NCBI RefSeq assembly: GCF_013186535.1
Contig: NZ_JABMCZ010000001.1
Location: forward strand, 2,100,664 to 2,132,663
DNA length: 32,000 nt
Reading direction: 5' to 3'
Origin: Nocardia terpenica
Lineage (GTDB): Bacteria; Actinomycetota; Actinomycetes; Mycobacteriales; Mycobacteriaceae
The stretch's first letter is position 1. Each line of letters begins with the position of its first letter. Both the position numbers and the translations under genes were made by a program. A model generated the notes under the pieces. It saw nothing but the letters and a program-made list of their open reading frames with translations. It made no database searches and was not told where the DNA came from. Below, piece after piece: positions 22,413-30,223 of the stretch.

Positions 22413-24047
22413 GTGGGATTGAGCAGCGGGTCGCTGGGTGGGGCGATGTGGGAGTGGGCGCGGCGCGGCGGGGATCGGGTCGCGCTGTGGGACGACGCCG
22501 GTGCGGTGAGTTACGCGGCGCTGGCGCGGCGGGCCGATGCGCTGGCGGTGGTGTTGCGGGAGGTGGGGATCGGGCGGGGGGATCGGGTGCTGATGCAGCT
22601 GCCCAACGGGTGGGAGCTGGTGGTGGGGATGCTGGCGGTGCAGCGGGCCGGGGCGGCGGCGATTCCGGCGCTCATGGGGCATCGGCTGCACGATCTGACG
22701 CGGATCGCCGAGACCGCCGGTGTGGCGGCCGTTTTCACCGTCGACACCCATCAGGGGCACGATCATCGCGGCGATGCGCATCGGCTGGCCGCCGGGCGGC
22801 CGGTGTTCGTGGCGGGGGAGGACGTGGGCGCCGCCGATATCGATCTGCGCCGCGCGTGCGAGCACCGGGTCGAGGAGGCGGACCGGGTGCGCGCCGACCT
22901 GGACCGGCACGACCCGGACGTCGACGAGGACGCGGTGATCCTGCTGTCGGGCGGCACCACCGGCCGTCCCAAGCTGGTGCCGCACACCCATCGCGACTAC
23001 CGGCACGCCTTCCGGGCGTGCGCGGCCGCGAGCGGGGTGGACGCGGCGACGGTGTATCTGGCGGCATTGCCTGTCGCACACAACTTTTCGCTGGCCTCGC
23101 CGGGCATCCTCGGCGTGCTCGACGCCGGGGGCACCGTGGTGCTGGGCCGCTCGCCCAGTCCCGAGGCCGCGTTCGCGGCGATCGCCCGGCACGGGGTGAC
23201 GATGTCGGCCCTGGTCCCGGCCGTGGCCCGGCGCTGGGCCGAGCATGCCCGGTCCTCGCCCGCCGCCCGCGCCGCGGTGGCCGGTCTGCGCCTGCTGCAA
23301 CTCGGTGGCGCGGTCACGCCGCCCGACCTCGCCGCCGAGGTGGAAGGGGCCCTCGGGGTCACCGTGCAGCAGGTGTACGGGATGTCGGAGGGGCCGGTGT
23401 GCATGACCTCGCCGGACGATCCGCCCGAATTCCGGTACCACACCCAGGGATTGCCGGTCACCGGCGACGAGATCCGCCTGCTCGACACCGCCGGGCAGGA
23501 GGCCGACGCGGGAACGGTCGGGGAGGTGGTGACCCGCGGACCGTCGCTGGTGCGCGGCTATCTCGGCGCCGCCGACGACAGCGCGTTCACCGCCGACGGC
23601 TGGTACCACACCGGTGATCTGGCCCGCCGCCGCGCGGACGGTCGGATCGACATCGCCGGGCGCATCAAGGATCTCGTCAATCGCGGCGGCGAGAAGATCT
23701 CGGTGGTGGAGGTCGAGACGGTGCTGTACGGGCTGCCCGGGATCGCGGCCGCGGCGGTGGTGTCGCTGCCGCACCCGGACCTCGGCGAATGCATCGCGGC
23801 CGCCGTCGTTCCCGCCGCCGGGACCGCGGTGGATCTCCCACGGGTCCGGAAGTTCTTCGCCGACACCGGCGTTGCCGCGCACAAGACGCCCGACGCACTG
23901 TTCGTCGTGGACGACATCCCGCGGACCGGCATGGGCAAGGTGGATCGCCCGACGCTGCGGGACCGGTTGACGGCGGCGCGATCCGCCGCGAACGACAATG
24001 CGAAGGATGGTGTTCGTGCGTGCGGTACGGTCGGCGCTGAGCTGTGA
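22413..24047 (+). CDS. Aryl-acid adenylating enzyme (ANL superfamily, DhbE/EntE-like)
   Basis: In frame with ORF 21942..24047. Motifs LLSGGTTGRPKLVPHTH, ALPVAHNFSL, YGMSEG, WYHTGD, GRIKDLVNRGGEKIS, PRTGMGKVDR. Start GTG 22413 (GAAGGGA 8 nt upstream) or ATG 22446. Confidence 0.85.
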   Translation: MGLSSGSLGGAMWEWARRGGDRVALWDDAGAVSYAALARRADALAVVLREVGIGRGDRVLMQLPNGWELVVGMLAVQRAGAAAIPALMGHRLHDLTRIAETAGVAAVFTVDTHQGHDHRGDAHRLAAGRPVFVAGEDVGAADIDLRRACEHRVEEADRVRADLDRHDPDVDEDAVILLSGGTTGRPKLVPHTHRDYRHAFRACAAASGVDAATVYLAALPVAHNFSLASPGILGVLDAGGTVVLGRSPSPEAAFAAIARHGVTMSALVPAVARRWAEHARSSPAARAAVAGLRLLQLGGAVTPPDLAAEVEGALGVTVQQVYGMSEGPVCMTSPDDPPEFRYHTQGLPVTGDEIRLLDTAGQEADAGTVGEVVTRGPSLVRGYLGAADDSAFTADGWYHTGDLARRRADGRIDIAGRIKDLVNRGGEKISVVEVETVLYGLPGIAAAAVVSLPHPDLGECIAAAVVPAAGTAVDLPRVRKFFADTGVAAHKTPDALFVVDDIPRTGMGKVDRPTLRDRLTAARSAANDNAKDGVRACGTVGAEL

Positions 24048-24999
24048 TTACGAGAATGCCGCGACGGCGGTGACCGGGCGGCGCGCCCTGGCCGTCGTGG
24101 AATTCGGCGCCGAGGAGGGCCCCGCGGAGCTGCGCGACGGCGTCCCGGTGGTCCGGATCCGCGCCGCCGCAACCGAATCCGCGGGTTTCCGCGAGGTGTG
24201 GATCACCGACGGCGACGCGCGGACCGGCCACACCGACGGCCTGGTCTACGCGCACGACGACGATATCCTGTTCTGCGCCGGGCACATTCGGCACGGCGAC
24301 CGGTACGCGGCACACACCCGCGAGCGGTACGCGGCCGCCTTCGGCCTCGCCGACGCGCTCGGCTACCCCACGCTGGTCCGGATGTGGAACTACGTCGGCG
24401 ACATCAACGCGGCCAATGCCGACGGCCTGGAGATCTACCGCGACTTCTGCCTGGGACGGGCGGAAGCCTTTGCCGCACACGGGAAGGCGATGCCCGCCGC
24501 GACCGGTGTCGGCACGCACGGCAGCGGCGTGGTCTTCTACTTCCTGAGCTGCCGGTCCGGCGGCGTCACCCACATCGAGAACCCGCGCCAGATCCCGGCC
24601 TACCGGTATCCGCGCCGCTACGGTCCGAAGGCGCCGACCTTCGCGCGGGCGACCCACCTGCTGCCCGACGGCGGCAGCGACACCCTGTTCGTCTCGGGCA
24701 CCGCCGCGATCCTCGGGCACGAGACGGTGTGCCCGGGCGATGTGGCGCGGCAGTGCGAGGTGGCGCTCGCCAATATCCGGGAACTGGTCGGCGAGCAGAA
24801 TCTGGGCCGGTACGGGATCGCCAAACCCTATGGGCTGTCGGCGATTCGGCGCGCCAAGGTGTACGTCCGCCACCGCGAGCACCTGGAGGTGGTGCGCCGG
24901 GCCTGCGCCGCCGCGCTGCCGCCGGAGGCCGAGATCGCGTACCTGGTCGTCGACATCTGCCGCAGGGACCTGCTGGTCGAGATCGAGGCCGTGGCATGA
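23998..24999 (+). CDS. FkbO/Hyg5-family chorismatase (hydroxybenzoate or dihydroxycyclohexadiene-carboxylate synthase)
   Basis: ORF track 23998..24999. Family blocks LVRMWNYVGDINA and EIYRDFCLGRAEAF, with a RidA-like C-terminal half. Start uncertain (ATG 23998, ATG 24007 or GTG 24016). Overlaps the adenylase 3' end by 30-50 nt. Confidence 0.8.
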   Translation: MRRMVFVRAVRSALSCDYENAATAVTGRRALAVVEFGAEEGPAELRDGVPVVRIRAAATESAGFREVWITDGDARTGHTDGLVYAHDDDILFCAGHIRHGDRYAAHTRERYAAAFGLADALGYPTLVRMWNYVGDINAANADGLEIYRDFCLGRAEAFAAHGKAMPAATGVGTHGSGVVFYFLSCRSGGVTHIENPRQIPAYRYPRRYGPKAPTFARATHLLPDGGSDTLFVSGTAAILGHETVCPGDVARQCEVALANIRELVGEQNLGRYGIAKPYGLSAIRRAKVYVRHREHLEVVRRACAAALPPEAEIAYLVVDICRRDLLVEIEAVA

Positions 25000-25012
25000 G
25001 GGACGAAAAGTG

Positions 25013-26251
25013 ATGGAGCAGACGATAATTCGGCCACTGTCCCCGTCGGAGCGACGGTTCGTGTCCAGCGGTGTCTTCGGCTACTGGACCGTCCCGGTGA
25101 CGGGGGACTTCGATCCGGACGCGATGCGGGCGGCGTTCACCGCCCTCCAGCACGCCTACCCGGTCCTGGGCTGCCGGATCGTCACCCTCGAGGACGGCGA
25201 TCGGCTGGTGCGGCCCACCGAGTTTCCCGCCGAGGGCGCCTGGGTGCGCGCCGGTGATCCGGAACCGGTGCGGGCCCCGGCCGGATTCACCGATCCGGAT
25301 CGGCAACTGGCGTACCTGGATATCGTGTGCGGCCGGGACGGGGCGCGGGTCACGCTGTTCGTGCATCACAGCATCGCCGACGCCCGCCACGACATGGAAC
25401 TGTTCGCGCGGCTGTGGGACCTGTACGCGGGCCATCCGGCCTCGGTCGCCGATCTGCCTGCGCCGCAGGACTATCCGCAGTCGCTGGAGTGGCACGTGAC
25501 CACGCGCGGCATCGAGCGCGGGCCCCGCTCGGGTCTGGAACCGGTCTACCGGCCCATGCCCGACGAGCCGGAGACCGTCGGCGAGATCCCCTACCGCAAT
25601 ATCCTGGCCCGCCCCGACCGCCTGATCCTCGACGCCGAGATCACCACCGGCATAGTCGAATCCGGCCGCCGCACCGGGCTGTCGGTCAACAGCCTGGTCA
25701 GCGCCGCCCTGCTGCGCGCCTACGCCACCGTGGCGTCGACGGACGGCAGCCCGGTGCCGGTGGGCGTGTTGGCGGCGGTGGATCTGCGGTCGCGGCTGCT
25801 GCCCGCGGTGTCGGCGACCGGCGGCACCACCATGTCGACCTTCGCCTGCTTCGACGCCGAGATCGAAACCGCCACCGCCGCCACCGATCTCGCCCGCCGC
25901 ATCGGCGACCGGTTGCGCACCGACCTGGACAGCGGCGTGGTCGCCCAGTCGGTGCTGCACTTCCCGGATCTGTTCGGCGACACCCGCAAACACAGTCTGG
26001 CCGGGCACATCTCGCTCACCAATCTGGGCGCGATCCCCGCGCTGCGCACGCCCGCCGGGCTGACGGTCACCGACTACGAGACCGGATTCCACCTCGCCCA
26101 CCCGCGCCCCTCGGCCGCCGATTCCCCGGCCGCGCTGCTGCAGGTCTACACCTACGCCGGGCGCATGACCATCGGCTACGTCGGCGACCACCTCGGCACC
26201 GACGCCGTCCTCGATGCCATCCGCGCCGAACTGACGGAGGTGAGCCGATGA
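25013..26251 (+). CDS. Stand-alone condensation-domain-like acyltransferase (HHxxxD, PapA5/NRPS C-domain superfamily)
   Basis: ATG 25013 (GAGGGA 9 nt upstream) is in frame with ORF 24740..26251. Catalytic motif FVHHSIADARH. About 410 aa, with no adjacent A or T domains. Confidence 0.75.
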   Translation: MEQTIIRPLSPSERRFVSSGVFGYWTVPVTGDFDPDAMRAAFTALQHAYPVLGCRIVTLEDGDRLVRPTEFPAEGAWVRAGDPEPVRAPAGFTDPDRQLAYLDIVCGRDGARVTLFVHHSIADARHDMELFARLWDLYAGHPASVADLPAPQDYPQSLEWHVTTRGIERGPRSGLEPVYRPMPDEPETVGEIPYRNILARPDRLILDAEITTGIVESGRRTGLSVNSLVSAALLRAYATVASTDGSPVPVGVLAAVDLRSRLLPAVSATGGTTMSTFACFDAEIETATAATDLARRIGDRLRTDLDSGVVAQSVLHFPDLFGDTRKHSLAGHISLTNLGAIPALRTPAGLTVTDYETGFHLAHPRPSAADSPAALLQVYTYAGRMTIGYVGDHLGTDAVLDAIRAELTEVSR

Positions 26252-27177
26252 CCGGCCCGGCCTTCGGCGTGGTGATCGTCACCTGGAATCCCACGCCCGG
26301 CAATGTCGAGCACGCGATATCGCTGGCGCGGCGCGGCATCCAGGTGTGCGTGGTCGACAACACCCCCGTGCCCCAACCCTGGTACGCGCGCCTCACCGAC
26401 GCGGGAATCACGGTGCTGCACAACGGGAACGAGGGCGGCCTCGGCGGCGGCTTCAACCGCGGCATCGACCTGCTCGCCGGGCGCGGCGCCGAGGTCTTCT
26501 TCCTGTTCGACCAGGACTCCGAACCCGGCGACGACTACTTCGACGCCATGCTCGCCACACCCCGGCCCGAAGGGTCGGCCCCGCTGCTGGCCGGTCCGGT
26601 GATCTACGACCGCGGCACCGGCATATTCCTGCTCGGCAACGAGGTGGTCGACGCCGACACCATTGCCGCGCACGCGAAGAACGGCCCGCTGGAGGCGCCC
26701 TTCGTGATCTCGTCGGGCACCATGATCACCCGGGACGCGTGGCAGGCCATGGGCCCGTTCGACGAGCGCTACATCATCGACTACCTGGACTGGGACCTGT
26801 GCCTGCGCGCGACCCGGCGCGGCGTGCGCGTCGTGGTGAATACCGGTGTGGTGCTGCGGCACAGCGTCGGCGCGTTCGAGATCCGGTCGCTGCTCGGCAG
26901 ATCCATGCTGGCCTTCCACTATCCGCCGTTCCGGCGCTACTACACCGCCCGCAACTGCGTGCACTTCACCACCCGCAATGCCCGCCACCGGGCCGAGTTG
27001 CTGCGGCTCAATGCCCACCTGATCTCGAACGTGCTGTCCATCGGCCTGTTCGAGCGCGACCGGACGAGCAAGCTGCTCGCCCTGGCCGCCGGGGTCGTCG
27101 ACGGTGCGCTCGGCCGCCTCGGCCATTTCACCGATACCCGGCCCCACCTGGCCGCGCTGGTCGCGCGGTCGCGATGA
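26248..27177 (+). CDS. Family 2 (GT-A fold) glycosyltransferase, rhamnosyltransferase/WbbL-like
   Basis: ATG 26248 overlaps the upstream stop (ATGA). Blocks FGVVIVTWNP, CVVDNTP, NEGGLGGGFNRGI, FLFDQDSEP (DxD) and SSGTMITRDAWQAMGPFDERYIIDYLDWDLCLR. Confidence 0.8.
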   Translation: MTGPAFGVVIVTWNPTPGNVEHAISLARRGIQVCVVDNTPVPQPWYARLTDAGITVLHNGNEGGLGGGFNRGIDLLAGRGAEVFFLFDQDSEPGDDYFDAMLATPRPEGSAPLLAGPVIYDRGTGIFLLGNEVVDADTIAAHAKNGPLEAPFVISSGTMITRDAWQAMGPFDERYIIDYLDWDLCLRATRRGVRVVVNTGVVLRHSVGAFEIRSLLGRSMLAFHYPPFRRYYTARNCVHFTTRNARHRAELLRLNAHLISNVLSIGLFERDRTSKLLALAAGVVDGALGRLGHFTDTRPHLAALVARSR

Positions 27178-28220
27178 CAACCCATCCCCGAGCGAGGAGT
27201 GTGCAGATGCCCGACGTGGCAACCGATCCCGACGCGATCCTGGCCCGGCTCACCGACGTGGCCACGCCCTACGCGGTGCGCGCCGCGGTCACCCTCGGCG
27301 TGCCGGAGCTGCTCGCCGACGGCCCGGCGTCGCTGGGCGAGCTGGCGGCGGCCACCGGCGTCGACGCCGACACGCTGGGCCGACTGCTGCGGTACCTGGT
27401 GGCGCACGGCCTGTTCGGCGAGCCCGAACCGCAGCGCTACGCCCTCACCGACGTCTCGCGCGGCCTGATCGGCGAGGCGGGCGCCGCGCGGCGCGCCTGG
27501 ATGGACCTGTCCGGCCCCGGTGCGCGCATGGACGCCGCCTACGGCGGCCTGGCGCACGCGCTGCGCACCGGCGGCGACGGCTACAGCGCGGTGCACGGCC
27601 GCCCGCTGTGGGAGGACCTGGCCGACAAACCGCGGCTGCGTGCCGAATTCGACACCCTCATGGGCACCGACACCGCCACCGTGGCGCACCTGGTGGCCAC
27701 CGAGTACGACTGGACCGGCATCGAGCACGTGATCGACGTCGGCGGCGGCGCGGGCATCCTGCTCACCGAGATCCTGCGTGCCCGGCCGAGCATGCGCGGC
27801 ACGGTCGTGGATCTGCCGCGCGCGGTCGACACCGCGCGGCAGCGGTTCGCCGCCGCCGGGCTCGGCGCCCGCGCCGACGCGATCGGCGGCAGCTTCTTCG
27901 AGCCGCTGCCCGCCGGCGCCGACGCCTACATCGTGTCCCGCGTGCTGACCGATTGGAACGACCAAGCGGCGCACGACATTCTGCGCAACTGCGTGGCGGC
28001 CGCCCGGCCCGGCGGCCGGGTGCTGATCGTGGAGGTGCTGCCCGACGACAGCGTGCTCGCCCCCGATTCGCCCTACGACCTACAGATGCTCGCCGTGGTC
28101 GGCGGGCGGCTGCGCGACGCCGACCAGTTCACCGCCCTCGCCGCCCGCGCCGGTGCGACGGTGGCCGGGGTGCGGCGCTGGGACGGCGGGCTCACCGTCA
28201 TCGACTGCCGCCCGCGCTGA
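27174..28220 (+). CDS. Class I SAM-dependent O-methyltransferase (Methyltransf_2 type with N-terminal dimerisation/wHTH domain)
   Basis: ATG 27174 overlaps the upstream stop (ATGA); ATG 27207 is an alternative. SAM motif VIDVGGGAGILL. The YIVSRVLTDWND segment is typical of natural-product OMTs. Confidence 0.85.
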   Translation: MTTHPRARSVQMPDVATDPDAILARLTDVATPYAVRAAVTLGVPELLADGPASLGELAAATGVDADTLGRLLRYLVAHGLFGEPEPQRYALTDVSRGLIGEAGAARRAWMDLSGPGARMDAAYGGLAHALRTGGDGYSAVHGRPLWEDLADKPRLRAEFDTLMGTDTATVAHLVATEYDWTGIEHVIDVGGGAGILLTEILRARPSMRGTVVDLPRAVDTARQRFAAAGLGARADAIGGSFFEPLPAGADAYIVSRVLTDWNDQAAHDILRNCVAAARPGGRVLIVEVLPDDSVLAPDSPYDLQMLAVVGGRLRDADQFTALAARAGATVAGVRRWDGGLTVIDCRPR

Positions 28221-28221
28221 G

Positions 28222-30081
28222 CTATCCGGAACACTGCGTGCACGGCAGGATCACCGGGCTCGGCGCCCCGATGAACCCGGTCGGGCGGCGCATCGCGGCC
28301 GATGCGTCGGAATCCGGTCTGCTGCGGGCGAATACCCGCACCAGATCGTGGAAGCGGTAGCGCCCGGGCGCCGGGCTGTCCAGCATGCCGCGATCGACCA
28401 GGGCGTCGCACAGGCGCACCGCCTCGCCCGGATCGCAGCCGAGCGCGGCCGCGACCGCCGCCACGGTCGCGTCCGGGCGGTCCAGCCGGGCCAGCGTCCG
28501 AAACGCGTGCGCCAGTTCGGGATCCAGCTGGTCGTAGGCCGATTGGAAGGCGCTCTCCAGCGAGGTGTCGCGAAACCGGAACTGCTGCAGGCCGTCCCGC
28601 TCGGCGCCCAGCCGGTCGGCCTCGTCGGCGATCATCCAGCCCGGCCGGGTCACCAGGCGCGCGGCGATGATCCGGATCGCCAGCGGCAGGCCGCCGCACA
28701 GGACGACGACGCGGCGCACCGCCTGCGGTTCCGCGGCCGGGCGGGCGTCGGCGACGATCCGGGTGAACAGCTCGGCGGCCTCGGCGGGCTCCATCGGCGC
28801 CAGCCGCACCCGCCGCGCCACCGGCAGCGCCGTCATCGGCGTGCGGGCCGTGACCAGCACCGCGCATCCGGCCGACGCGGGCAGCAGCGGCGTCACCTGT
28901 TCGGTGCAGATGGCGTTGTCGAGCAGCACCAGCAGGCGTTTGCCGCGGGCGACGGTCCGAAACAGGGCCGACCGCTCCGCGCCGCCCGCCGGGATCTCGG
29001 CCTCGGCGACACCCAGGGCGCGCAGGAAACCCGCCAGCACCTCGGCCACATCGGGCGGCCCGTCGGCGGGCCGCAGATCGACGTACAGGCGGCCGTCGGG
29101 AAACCGGTCCTGCACCCGATGCCCGACATGCACCGCCAGCGCCGTCTTGCCCACCCCGCCCATGCCGGTGAGGGCCACCACCGAGACCGCGCGGCCCGGG
29201 GCGAGCGCCGCGGTCACCTGCGCGAGTTCGGCGGTGCGGCCGGTGAAGTCGATGGTGTCCGGCGGCAACTGCGACGGCACCGGCCGCGCCGGAGCCGACA
29301 CCGCGGCCGGGGCGAGGGCGCCACCGCCCACCGTCTCGCCGCTCAGGATGTGTTGGTGCAGTTCGGTCATGGCGGGACTGGGCTCCAAACCCATGGTGTC
29401 GATGAACCAGTCGCGCGCGGCCCGGTAGACCTCGAGGGCGTCGATGCGCCGCCCGGCCCGAAACAGCGCCGTCATCAACAGGATTCGCCACTGCTCGGAC
29501 TGCGGCTCGGCATGCACCAGGGCCTCCAGCTGCGCGATCGCCGCCTCGTGATTGCCCTGATCGATGGAGATCTCGATGGCCCAGCGGCGCAGCGTCTCTC
29601 GCGAGCGATGCAGCCGCGCCCGCTCACCCGCCGCCCACGGCCCCGGAACCCCGGACAGCGCCTCCCCGCGCCATAATCGCAGCCCGGCGCGGATGCTGTC
29701 GGCGGCCAGATCCAGCCGCCCGGACGCGCGGGCGGCCTCGGCGGAGACCAGGAATCGCTCCACCGCGGCGGCGTCGATCTCCAGCGTCGCGTCGAACCGG
29801 TAGCCGCCGCCCGCCCAGCGCAGCGCGTCCTGCCTGCACCCGTGATGGCGGAGCATCGTTCGCAGCGACGACATGTAGTTGCGCAGCGCGCTCAGCGCGG
29901 ACGGCGGACTGCCCTCGCCCCAGATGCCGCCGATGAGATCGGCGATCGGGACGGTGCGGCCGCTGTTGGCCGCCATCATGGCGAACACCGCCTGCTGCTT
30001 GGGCTGATGCAGGCCGTCCAGCCGCACGCGATCGACCAGCACCTCCAACGGACCGAGCAGCCCCAGCCGAACCAGTGACAT
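28222..30081 (-). CDS. SARP/AfsR-family regulator: OmpR-type winged helix + BTAD + NB-ARC ATPase
   Basis: ORF track 28222..30129 (-), trimmed to ATG 30079-30081 (GGAGGT 3 nt upstream). The 16-codon extension has only 5 of 15 G/C-ending codons. Start LGLLGPLEV. A BTAD region follows. Walker A GMGGVGKT and Walker B LLVLLDNA are present. Confidence 0.85.
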   Translation of the reverse strand: MSLVRLGLLGPLEVLVDRVRLDGLHQPKQQAVFAMMAANSGRTVPIADLIGGIWGEGSPPSALSALRNYMSSLRTMLRHHGCRQDALRWAGGGYRFDATLEIDAAAVERFLVSAEAARASGRLDLAADSIRAGLRLWRGEALSGVPGPWAAGERARLHRSRETLRRWAIEISIDQGNHEAAIAQLEALVHAEPQSEQWRILLMTALFRAGRRIDALEVYRAARDWFIDTMGLEPSPAMTELHQHILSGETVGGGALAPAAVSAPARPVPSQLPPDTIDFTGRTAELAQVTAALAPGRAVSVVALTGMGGVGKTALAVHVGHRVQDRFPDGRLYVDLRPADGPPDVAEVLAGFLRALGVAEAEIPAGGAERSALFRTVARGKRLLVLLDNAICTEQVTPLLPASAGCAVLVTARTPMTALPVARRVRLAPMEPAEAAELFTRIVADARPAAEPQAVRRVVVLCGGLPLAIRIIAARLVTRPGWMIADEADRLGAERDGLQQFRFRDTSLESAFQSAYDQLDPELAHAFRTLARLDRPDATVAAVAAALGCDPGEAVRLCDALVDRGMLDSPAPGRYRFHDLVRVFARSRPDSDASAAMRRPTGFIGAPSPVILPCTQCSG

Positions 30082-30101
30082 ATAACCTCCCGGATCGAAA
30101 A

Positions 30102-30124
30102 CTGGTGCACCAGAAGGCTTCTGG
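30102..30124. promoter_or_regulatory. Two overlapping perfect palindromes, CTGGTGCACCAG (30102-30113) and CCAGAAGGCTTCTGG (30110-30124), upstream of the SARP gene
   Basis: Direct reading. They lie 21-43 nt upstream of the SARP ATG, just 5' of its Shine-Dalgarno sequence. They share the CCAG/CTGG arm, so as RNA the two hairpins would be mutually exclusive. Confidence 0.4.
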
Positions 30125-30223
30125 ATCATCAGACTCCCCCGGGTGTGGATAGTCAGTATGTCAAACGATCTCTGTCCGGGATGGTCCTCGGCATAAATTT
30201 TGGGTAATACCCTGATAATCCGG

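Noticed and set aside
22222-22422. A 66-aa basic repeat peptide ORF (MPGTNRRARAGTNRRARAGTNRRVRAG…) encoded by the in-frame 24-bp repeat between the P450 and the adenylase.
   Set aside because: The ATG lies inside the hairpin head, and there is no Shine-Dalgarno sequence. Third-position G+C is only about 50%, against about 90% in neighbouring genes. The repeat belongs to a non-coding family that has 23-bp periods elsewhere.
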